Part shown: one piece after another, positions 6,370 through 13,375 of the stretch
Position numbering within the stretch: the first letter of the stretch is position 1
Layout of the letters: every line of letters starts with the position of its first letter
DNA from: a virus
Reading direction: 5' to 3' (one strand)
Virus record (IMG/VR): IMGVR_UViG_3300006000_000001
Coordinates: 1-37,523 of that record
Length of the DNA stretch: 37,523 nucleotides
Notes under the pieces: model-generated
Databases searched by the model: none
What the model was told of the DNA's origin: nothing
What the model saw: only the letters and a program-made list of their open reading frames with translations
Program-made: the position numbers and the translations under genes

Positions 6370-7249
6370 AATGATCTCTGCCCAAGCCGAGGATTTACGC
6401 CGCGACCTAGTGCCGGTCGTTAACGGATTCGACAGCGCGTTGCCGGGCAACATAACGGCTAGGCAGTTTGCCCGTTGTGTGGTTACCGCAGCCATGCGCA
6501 GTCCATCCCTATTCGGGTGCGATCGAGCGAGTCTATACCTAGCGTGCCAGAGAGCCGCCGAGGATGGGTTGATGCCGGACGGTGTGGAGGCCGCTATAAT
6601 TCCGTATCAGAAGAAAGCAACCTACGTCCCTATGGTTGGTGGCCTGCTCAAGCGTATCCATAACGCAGGGATCATTGAATGGATCACTGCGCAGAAAATA
6701 ATGGATAAGGATACCTTTCGGTTCGATCCTGCGACCGGGAAGCCGCCAGAGCATATCGTTGACTGGTTCGGCGATCGAGGGAATTTGAGAGGCGTCTATG
6801 CTGTAGCTAAGAAATATCGCAGCAAAAGCGTGTTCTGCGTCGTGCTGAATCGAAAGGAAATCGATGCCGCCAAAGATTTCAGCATGAAGAATAAGCGGGA
6901 CAAGAACAATCCTGATCTACCCTGGAACTCCCGGTATGAGGAAATGGCTTGCAAGACGGCGATTCGACGACTTTACAAGCTCCTGCCTAGTAGCGCGTCC
7001 GTAACTAACATCTTCGTGAACGAGGACGCGCCTTACAACAGCGAGAAGGTAGTTGAAGGCGTGCCCGTCGATACACCACCTACAAAGCCGAGAAAGAGCC
7101 TAGCGGCGGAGATTGTCGAGGCGGAAGCCGGGCCGACACCTGAAGAAGAGAGCACACCTTATCAAGTAGGCCCCGACGACCCAGTGAACGATGAAGAGTT
7201 CTGGAACAACATCGAACCAGAGGTAAACACGAATGCAGATACTCCCTAG
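6359..7249 (+). CDS. recT: RecT-family single-strand annealing protein
   Basis: The central region AEDGLMPDGVEAAIIPYQKKATYVPMVGGLLKRIHNAG and CKTAIRRLYKLLP match the RecT family as I recall it. The gene is paired with the exonuclease and has an acidic Pro/Glu-rich tail. An alternative start is at 6371. Confidence 0.8.
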   Translation: MPNKMISAQAEDLRRDLVPVVNGFDSALPGNITARQFARCVVTAAMRSPSLFGCDRASLYLACQRAAEDGLMPDGVEAAIIPYQKKATYVPMVGGLLKRIHNAGIIEWITAQKIMDKDTFRFDPATGKPPEHIVDWFGDRGNLRGVYAVAKKYRSKSVFCVVLNRKEIDAAKDFSMKNKRDKNNPDLPWNSRYEEMACKTAIRRLYKLLPSSASVTNIFVNEDAPYNSEKVVEGVPVDTPPTKPRKSLAAEIVEAEAGPTPEEESTPYQVGPDDPVNDEEFWNNIEPEVNTNADTP

Positions 7250-7463
7250 TCTAGGGGACACCCTGGCCAGTCTCAGAATTGGCCGGGGAATGACTCAAAT
7301 GGAGCTTGCGGTAAAAACCGGCCTACATCCATCACATATTAGTAACTATGAGCGTGGCACTCACGTCCCTCGTTGTGTAAACCTAATCAAGCTGGCCGAT
7401 GCTTTTGAAGTGAGCACCGAGTACCTACTAAACGCAATGAGGAATGTACCCAATGATCAGTAA
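7233..7463 (+). CDS. XRE-family HTH protein (76 aa)
   Basis: The HTH signature is MTQMELAVKTGLHPSHISNYERG. The ORF overlaps the recT end. Confidence 0.75.
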   Translation: MQILPSLGDTLASLRIGRGMTQMELAVKTGLHPSHISNYERGTHVPRCVNLIKLADAFEVSTEYLLNAMRNVPNDQ

Positions 7464-8100
7464 GCACATAGGGCCAGGCAACGGAAATGTGAATGGCATT
7501 CCATGTGTGCCTGGGCGTATATCTTCTACAAGAAGATCACTTGGGATGTCTGTATTGGAATTAGTAGAGAGATCGCAGTATTCTTCCACCAACTCGATTA
7601 GAAACATAGAAAGCGGAAGAAGAAACCCATCCCTCTCTGGGCTTATGAGTTTGGCCGAGGCTCTAAATGTATCTGTGGAGTACCTGACCGGGGAAGACAG
7701 TGCCAACAAGGTCACCGTGAGGGTGCCGAAGGTCATTCCGAATCCTGAGGTTCCCAGGAATCTCCCAGATATGAAGGTCTTCCGACGTAGGCTTACATCC
7801 GCGCGTGAAGAGCTTGGATACACTAGCCTTGATCTGGCTCAGATGACCTGCCTGTCGGAATCTACCGTGAGGAGCGTCGAGAACGGGGATAGTGGGACAT
7901 CAATCCGTGGCCTTGTATCTCTCGCTATTGCGCTAGGAGTAACAACCGACTACTTGCTGGGTCTCGACCGCATCCAGCCGAGGAAACCGAACAGGCAAGC
8001 AAATGGTAAAGTCGAAAAAGACTTTGGCACTTTGCAACTCGTCGAGCTGCTCAACGAGCTTAGTTCCCGCTGCCAGGAAGTTGCCAGTTCCATGACGTGA
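7444..8100 (+). CDS. tandem double-HTH (2 x XRE domain) DNA-binding protein (218 aa)
   Basis: There are two HTH units, LGMSVLELVERSQYSSTNSIRNIESG and LGYTSLDLAQMTCLSESTVRSVENG. Each is followed by a (L/A)AxALxV(S/T)x(E/D)YL(T/L)G helix. Confidence 0.75.
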   Translation: MYPMISKHIGPGNGNVNGIPCVPGRISSTRRSLGMSVLELVERSQYSSTNSIRNIESGRRNPSLSGLMSLAEALNVSVEYLTGEDSANKVTVRVPKVIPNPEVPRNLPDMKVFRRRLTSAREELGYTSLDLAQMTCLSESTVRSVENGDSGTSIRGLVSLAIALGVTTDYLLGLDRIQPRKPNRQANGKVEKDFGTLQLVELLNELSSRCQEVASSMT

Positions 8101-8122
8101 TCGGGCGCACAGATAAGGTAAT

Positions 8123-8166
8123 AATCCTTTCGTTAGCGATCCCATTACGAAAGGATTTGCCCTTTT
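8123..8166 (+). terminator. stem-loop (weak terminator or attenuator) between the double-HTH gene and ruvC
   Basis: A 10-bp stem, aatcctttcg (8123..8132) with cgaaaggatt (8148..8157), is followed by tgcccTTTT. The U-run is not adjacent to the stem, so it is weak as a terminator. Confidence 0.35.
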
Positions 8167-8186
8167 ACTCTCGTTAGAGAGAGAAA

Positions 8187-8672
8187 ATGAGTAAAGTAAG
8201 AATCCTCGGAATCGACCCAGGATCACGGATTACTGGGTATGGCCTTATCGATGTATCAACAAAAGGGATATATCACGTCCATAGCGGCACTATCGAGTTT
8301 TACAATGATGAGGTATTCCCAACAAGGATTGCCTCTTTCTGTGGAGAGCTATCCGATATTAAAGCGGAATATCTGCCGGACGTTCTCGCCGTAGAAAGCC
8401 TCATTCTGGTTCGTGGTGTTAGCGCGGCCATGAAGATCGCACAGGCGCGCGGGGCGGCTATATGCGGTGTATATAGTTCAAATATGGATTTTGCCGAATA
8501 CACTCCGATGCAGATAAAGAAGGCCGTAGCGGGCACCGGGAAGGCTTCTAAGGCCGATGTGCAGTCAGCCGTTAGGGCGGCTCTCGATCTACACTTTATG
8601 CCGTCAAAAGACGAAGCGGACGCCCTGGCGGTTGCTTTGTGTCATGCCCATGTTCTCCCTGATCTCACCTAA
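8187..8672 (+). CDS. ruvC: crossover junction endodeoxyribonuclease RuvC (Holliday junction resolvase)
   Basis: The sequence aligns by eye with E. coli RuvC along its length: ILGIDPGSRITGYGLI, AVESL...KIAQARGAA, EYTPMQIKKAVAGTGKASKADVQ, DEADALAVALCHAH. Confidence 0.88.
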   Translation: MSKVRILGIDPGSRITGYGLIDVSTKGIYHVHSGTIEFYNDEVFPTRIASFCGELSDIKAEYLPDVLAVESLILVRGVSAAMKIAQARGAAICGVYSSNMDFAEYTPMQIKKAVAGTGKASKADVQSAVRAALDLHFMPSKDEADALAVALCHAHVLPDLT

Positions 8673-8674
8673 CA

Positions 8675-8756
8675 AAAAGAAAGCCCGCTGTTGGCGCAGC
8701 AGGCTTTTTGTGTGATTCCGAACTGGATAGTCGGAAATCTTAATACAAACTTCAGC
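8675..8756 (-). ncRNA. candidate ~80-nt phage-encoded small RNA (no ORF)
   Basis: The region lies between a near-consensus promoter (8762..8789) and the terminator hairpin. It has no AUG in any frame. It contains an internal 6-bp hairpin (8716..8721 with 8731..8736) and an A/U-rich 5' stretch. The ends are estimates. Confidence 0.45.
8682..8715. terminator. bidirectional intrinsic terminator shared by the ruvC operon, the late operon and the candidate sRNA
   Basis: The stem agcccgctg (8682..8690) pairs with cagcaggct (8697..8705) with one mismatch. It is followed by TTTTTGTGTG on the plus strand and by TTCTTTTTG on the minus strand. Confidence 0.7.
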
Positions 8757-8761
8757 TCTCT

Positions 8762-8789
8762 ATTATAGAGAGCGCTCTCAAAAAGTCAA
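8762..8789 (-). promoter_or_regulatory. near-consensus sigma70 promoter embedded in nested palindromes
   Basis: On the minus strand: TTGACT (8789..8784), 16 nt spacer, TATAAT (8767..8762). The palindromes GCTCTCtattataGAGAGC (8755..8773) and GAGAGCGCTCTC (8768..8779) cover the -10 and the spacer. Confidence 0.65.
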
Positions 8790-8932
8790 GACTTTTTTCT
8801 ACCCTTGCCTTTCCCTCGATACCCGTTGGCATAGGCGGCCCTTCCTTGCCGCCCCGCCTGCTCCCTTGTGGGGAAAATCTTTCCGTGATTACCCCATCGG
8901 TATTTGTTTGGACCTAGTTTTCGTACCGGCAT
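8786..8932 (-). CDS. possible 48-aa very basic micro-ORF downstream of the late operon (doubtful)
   Basis: Product: MPVRKLGPNKYRWGNHGKIFPTREQAGRQGRAAYANGYRGKGKGRKKS. The ATG lies 11 nt after the stop at 8944 with no SD. The stop lies inside the -35 of the sRNA promoter. It is below the ORF-track size cutoff. Confidence 0.2.
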   Translation of the reverse strand: MPVRKLGPNKYRWGNHGKIFPTREQAGRQGRAAYANGYRGKGKGRKKS

Positions 8933-8943
8933 AGCGGTTAGAT

Positions 8944-9936
8944 CTACCCGTAGATCGGGAATGGGGCGGTCGGATAAATGCGTATCCGAGTGGATGGCCC
9001 GAAAACTATAGACCGACTCCGACGAGTCGTGTCAACAAGCTCAATCCGAAAGAAGCACCCGTCGATAAGGAAAAAATTCCAGGCATAACGGTCTGTCGTG
9101 TCGAATGGGTCTGCCGGAAGATTGCCGCCTATCGTGTAGTTGATTAGGCCGGTAACATCATGTTCGGCGTCCTCTGTGCGGCCTTCGCGCTTAATTTGGT
9201 CGAAGGGCTTTAGCCCGGACAACTGGTTGCGGCGATCCCGTGCGTCAAGCATATCTCTGGTACGCACCCAATCCATTGTGCTCTGTAGCTCGCCCGTGAT
9301 TTTATTTGAAACCCACCTGCTTAATTTGCCGTTTTCGACTCGGTAAGTATCGTAATATTGAACATACGATAAACTTGGGAACGCCCCAGTATCTTCCCTG
9401 GTATCCACCGGGGACATAGGCCATCCCCAAAAGCTAACTTCACGAATGGTCGGATATGTAAAGGTTAGCGCGCCACCCTGTATCTCAATTTCAACCTTGT
9501 TAAAATAACCCCTAAATCGGTTCTTTGGCGCGCCAATGGCTTTCTCATCTACATCATAATGCAGCTTATGGGTAACGATGTTAATATCTTCATTCATCGC
9601 CTTGAAAAAGGCCGCTTTAAAATCACCAGTTACGTAGACACGGCTGCATCCGTAGGATGGATCATTGTTAATAAACATCCTGGCGCAATGGAATTTGCCG
9701 AAATATGACCAATGGTAATGTGCGCTTTGCTGGTAACTATTTTTTGCGCTTTCAAAACTACCATGAACGGAATGGTACCCGAACCTATACGGGACTGTGG
9801 AATGAATATTCCAGTAATTATCCTGGCTCCCAACGCTAGCGATCGTAAATGACGCATCATCGCTAACCTGTTGCCCCGCAAACCCTGCGGGTGCTTTATA
9901 CGACGGAATCTCAGGTATCAATATTTGATCGTTCAT
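8944..9936 (-). CDS. last late gene: 330-aa protein of unknown function, tandem paralogue of the 9933..10901 product
   Basis: Shared blocks are NRFRGYF/NRLRGTF, EVSFWGWPMSPVD/EVCFWGYPNAPID, ITGLINYT/ITGLIDYT and GCFFRIEL/GCFFRIDL. There is an ATGA overlap with the upstream gene. Confidence 0.8.
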   Translation of the reverse strand: MNDQILIPEIPSYKAPAGFAGQQVSDDASFTIASVGSQDNYWNIHSTVPYRFGYHSVHGSFESAKNSYQQSAHYHWSYFGKFHCARMFINNDPSYGCSRVYVTGDFKAAFFKAMNEDINIVTHKLHYDVDEKAIGAPKNRFRGYFNKVEIEIQGGALTFTYPTIREVSFWGWPMSPVDTREDTGAFPSLSYVQYYDTYRVENGKLSRWVSNKITGELQSTMDWVRTRDMLDARDRRNQLSGLKPFDQIKREGRTEDAEHDVTGLINYTIGGNLPADPFDTTDRYAWNFFLIDGCFFRIELVDTTRRSRSIVFGPSTRIRIYPTAPFPIYG

Positions 9937-10901
9937 AGATAATTCATCGCTTCATAAGGAAATTCATTAGCTTCTTCCGCACCTCGTATGTTCCCGAAAA
10001 AGTGCCGGATCGGTATATCATCGTCATTCTGCGCAAAAGGCAGGGTGGCCCCCCCGTCAAGACGGAGCCGTGTAAATGGAGCCCGGATCGTGGTGCGGGT
10101 GCGGTACCACTTATCAAAAAGATCGATGCGGAAAAAACACCCTGTGATATAGAGGAACCTCCATTTCGAAGCGAAGAACGAAGGGTAATCTATGTCTTCG
10201 GTATAATCGATCAGACCAGTTATTGGAGATCTGTCTGGCTGTGTCGCAGGGATATCCGTGTCATGTTGAGAGATGTCTACGTCAGCTAGACCACTGGCGG
10301 TCTTCCTTCCCTCTGGGTCTTTAGAGTCTTTGGGTCGATAATAATCCTCAATGCGCTTAGTCCAATAGCGATGATAGTGAGTGTCGTTTTTACCCGTGTT
10401 TCGGTACACATCGATTGGGGCATTCGGATAGCCCCAAAAACAAACCTCATGAAACCCAGGGGTTTGGAATTGGTACCAACCTCCAGGTAACCAGATATGA
10501 ATCGTTCCAAAGGTTCCGCGCAAGCGATTCTTGGGGTACTTGCTTTCATCAATCCAGTAAACGCCTAATTTATTTTTAATAGATTCTTCTGGTACATCGC
10601 CTGTCAAGGACAGCTCACGGAAGCTGCCATAAGAATCAATCAATGCAGTGCCATAGTTATTATCATTATTTATCTGGGCGACGATCCGCCGAATATTTCC
10701 GGTTACTTTATTAAGATTACCTTCTGCGGATTCTGTTTTGATATTATAACCATAGGCCCTAGCCGCGCGTAAGCGATAACTATTGCCTGATGTTACCTCC
10801 AAACCATGCGGTCCGACATCAGGTTTGATTTCCCCTTCCATTGGCGGATTGGATACAGCCACCATATGGTTGAAACCTCGGTCTAAAATGACGTGTTCCA
10901 T
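9933..10901 (-). CDS. 322-aa protein of unknown function, tandem paralogue of the 8944..9936 product
   Basis: I set the start at ATG 10901, with AAGG upstream (track GTG 10916). The paralogy blocks are as listed for 8944..9936. Confidence 0.8.
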   Translation of the reverse strand: MEHVILDRGFNHMVAVSNPPMEGEIKPDVGPHGLEVTSGNSYRLRAARAYGYNIKTESAEGNLNKVTGNIRRIVAQINNDNNYGTALIDSYGSFRELSLTGDVPEESIKNKLGVYWIDESKYPKNRLRGTFGTIHIWLPGGWYQFQTPGFHEVCFWGYPNAPIDVYRNTGKNDTHYHRYWTKRIEDYYRPKDSKDPEGRKTASGLADVDISQHDTDIPATQPDRSPITGLIDYTEDIDYPSFFASKWRFLYITGCFFRIDLFDKWYRTRTTIRAPFTRLRLDGGATLPFAQNDDDIPIRHFFGNIRGAEEANEFPYEAMNYL

Positions 10902-10909
10902 GATTAACC

Positions 10910-13081
10910 TTACCACTCGGAATTGAGTAATTCAGGGTAATCCATAGCATGGTCCGCTATGGATATAGATTCTGGGCAAAGAGCATAAAGAAAATTATAC
11001 ATATCTTCTTTATCTCCGTGACCTTTGTGACGCCAGTTCCAAAGATTCAAAGGGCCTAAACCGGAAACATCCGCTTTAAAGAAAGATCGGCACTTAGGGG
11101 CAAGCTCATTACGCAATTGCTCGGTCCCTGTAGTGCGGTTCAGGAAAGCGATCAAGTGATAATTTTTAGCGGTAAAAATACAGGAATAAAGTCCTTCCGA
11201 TATCGACTTGATAGGAATGCTCATTACCCGGAAGTCCGGTGGTTCTCCCGGTCCTTGTGGGTGCTTGCCATCAAAGAACTTGGAATCGTCTATATTGACA
11301 ATCCACAACAGGATGTTGTTTGTGCCTAATCCGGTGATATAGAATAAATAACCGAAGTCCGAATCCGATGTATCCCGTAAGCACCCACACCACCAAAGAA
11401 GATGGTGGGGCGTGGAGTTTTCACCTTCAGGGTCATTGCCGGTATGATCTTTCATCCTCCGAAAATAGGGCGGCAATGAAAAATCAACCTTGATAGTAAC
11501 GCCACGGCGGACCAAATCCCCGAAGTGTAAGAATCGGTCTGCTAGCCTCAAGTATTCTCCGGGTTGCTGCAAAATCTGCCCGTACGTCGGCAAGTAACTT
11601 GTCGGCAGATCGTTATGTTCGATCTGTAGTCCCCATACGGAGAAGTATCCTGGATTCCGATTGTGCAGGTTCTTCTCCTCAACGGCCTGTATTACGTCGG
11701 CCTGTACGGGGCAGATATCAAGGGATAACCCGTGCTTACACGATGGGAGCAGGCTGACTGAAATTCGATGCCAACCTCCCGCATATTCGACCATCGTAGT
11801 CGATGTGCACGGTATCTTCCAGTCCGTGGCTGTGCCCTCTGACGTCTCGTTGCGAATGGTGCGGTTGAGCGTCTCGAAGTCGAAGGTAACAATAACCCGC
11901 GTTTGCGGTGAAGGGTCCGAGGCTGTGGAATTATATTCCATGCGGACTTCGATTTTTTTAGAAAAAATTGGTCTCAGGAACGCGCTAAATGTAATAGGGC
12001 CTCCCTCTTGGCAAGCGATCGGATGAGGGCACCGTAACCGATCGTAGACGAGAGCCTCTCGCGGATCATCATAGGAAGAGTGGAATAGGACGTAGGAACC
12101 TTCATTCCCGGCTGGATTCTTCGGCACGGCAGTTGTGGACAACCGGAAATCCGTATTAAGGACATTCCCAGACCAAGTGCGCCCAGGCTGGGATCGCGGG
12201 AATAGATTCATGCAGGTTGCCGACTCAATCAAGCATCCGGCATCTATAACGGACCCAGAGATATAGTCGCGCCTCGGTCTTGGCATCCTGGAATCACCTA
12301 TCCCAAGGTACGGACCTTCAATCCGAAAATTAGTTGCAACCAATCCAATGTTATCAGGCTCAATCAGGGATGAACCTTCCCAAAACACCTTCATCCCGTG
12401 CTTTGGTTTCAGCGCAATGAAATCATGTGAGCCATTACCATCTTCATCCGTTTTCAGCTCACCACTTTCGATCTCTTTGTTATATTCATCGTAAAAGACA
12501 TAGGAACCATATTCGGAGGTTGGTCTGCCGCGCCACCACAATTTATACTTACTCCCATTCAGCAACGGGATATATGGTCTAATCTCATCATTTTTATTGT
12601 CTTGGTTTGTCTCACGTAGTAGATTATGCGACTGGTAACAAAGGCACCCATTTCGATCGATCATCGTGCGCGGAAACGATGATAGACGATAGCTATCATC
12701 GATGGATGGGCACGTTTGAGGGGACAATTCCCCGTAAAGATACTTTTCTCGATCAACAGGATTACGAAAGTTGATCTTATCCCAAGGTGTTTGGGAAGCC
12801 TTATTGACCTCGCCTAACCTAGTATTGTAGAGGGCCACAATATCCGTAGCGGTTGTCCCGGTTTTGTAAACCTTGGTAGCACGGATAGATAATTCATCTC
12901 CGGCGGAGAGACCACTAAATCGGACGGCACCACTATCTTCCATTTCCACAAGGATTTGCCCCTTCCCATCTTCGGGGACGCCTCCGATATACAACGCATG
13001 AGCAACATTGGATAATCCCGTCTCGTCAGACGGAGTTATATTATCTCCGCTGACGAAAAAATCTGCTCCAACAACGCTCAT
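10910..13081 (-). CDS. 723-aa putative host-recognition (fibre/spike-like) protein with a concanavalin/lectin-like domain
   Basis: GGWHRISVSL followed by FSVWGLQIEHNDLPTSYLPT (11582..11647) matches the ...vWGaQlE.g..aTSYIPT signature that I recall from phage tail-fibre and carbohydrate-binding modules. It lies in the late operon after the capsid gene. Confidence 0.5.
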   Translation of the reverse strand: MSVVGADFFVSGDNITPSDETGLSNVAHALYIGGVPEDGKGQILVEMEDSGAVRFSGLSAGDELSIRATKVYKTGTTATDIVALYNTRLGEVNKASQTPWDKINFRNPVDREKYLYGELSPQTCPSIDDSYRLSSFPRTMIDRNGCLCYQSHNLLRETNQDNKNDEIRPYIPLLNGSKYKLWWRGRPTSEYGSYVFYDEYNKEIESGELKTDEDGNGSHDFIALKPKHGMKVFWEGSSLIEPDNIGLVATNFRIEGPYLGIGDSRMPRPRRDYISGSVIDAGCLIESATCMNLFPRSQPGRTWSGNVLNTDFRLSTTAVPKNPAGNEGSYVLFHSSYDDPREALVYDRLRCPHPIACQEGGPITFSAFLRPIFSKKIEVRMEYNSTASDPSPQTRVIVTFDFETLNRTIRNETSEGTATDWKIPCTSTTMVEYAGGWHRISVSLLPSCKHGLSLDICPVQADVIQAVEEKNLHNRNPGYFSVWGLQIEHNDLPTSYLPTYGQILQQPGEYLRLADRFLHFGDLVRRGVTIKVDFSLPPYFRRMKDHTGNDPEGENSTPHHLLWWCGCLRDTSDSDFGYLFYITGLGTNNILLWIVNIDDSKFFDGKHPQGPGEPPDFRVMSIPIKSISEGLYSCIFTAKNYHLIAFLNRTTGTEQLRNELAPKCRSFFKADVSGLGPLNLWNWRHKGHGDKEDMYNFLYALCPESISIADHAMDYPELLNSEW

Positions 13082-13084
13082 CGA

Positions 13085-13375
13085 TTATTCCCCATCCACA
13101 GAAAATGAGCCCTTCCATGCCCGCAGCTTAGAATACTCGTCCAATTGCGCGTTTCGACAGACAACCTCGGCAGCCGCCGGGTCGGAAGCAGACACCCCTG
13201 CCTGATGCAACCACTTGAAATATAAGGCTTTCGGAATCACCGAAGCTACCTTAAGATCGGCGTTTGGATTTGTCTTGGACAGATCAGCCAAGGCTTCCGC
13301 TTCTTGTCTAGCCACATCGGCGGCAATATAATTTACCTCTACGATGTCGTCATCGACGATATGGTATTCTGTCAT
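13085..13375 (-). CDS. hypothetical virion-module protein (96 aa)
   Basis: There is an ATGA overlap with the capsid gene stop. No family recognised. Confidence 0.65.
   Translation of the reverse strand: MTEYHIVDDDIVEVNYIAADVARQEAEALADLSKTNPNADLKVASVIPKALYFKWLHQAGVSASDPAAAEVVCRNAQLDEYSKLRAWKGSFSVDGE

Noticed and set aside
8706-8943. A tRNA or other structured RNA gene in the 270-nt convergent intergenic region
   Set aside because: I could not fold any segment into a cloverleaf with conserved T-loop or D-loop features. I found only short hairpins (for example GGCGGC-aaggaagg-GCCGCC on the minus strand) and the promoter/sRNA unit reported separately.
13304-13332. Plus-strand promoter-like TTGTCT-17-TATAAT inside the 96-aa late gene, antisense to the capsid region
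   Set aside because: It has a perfect -10 but a poor -35. It lies inside a coding region with no downstream plus-strand ORF or terminator, so it is most likely a chance match. RNA-seq would settle it.
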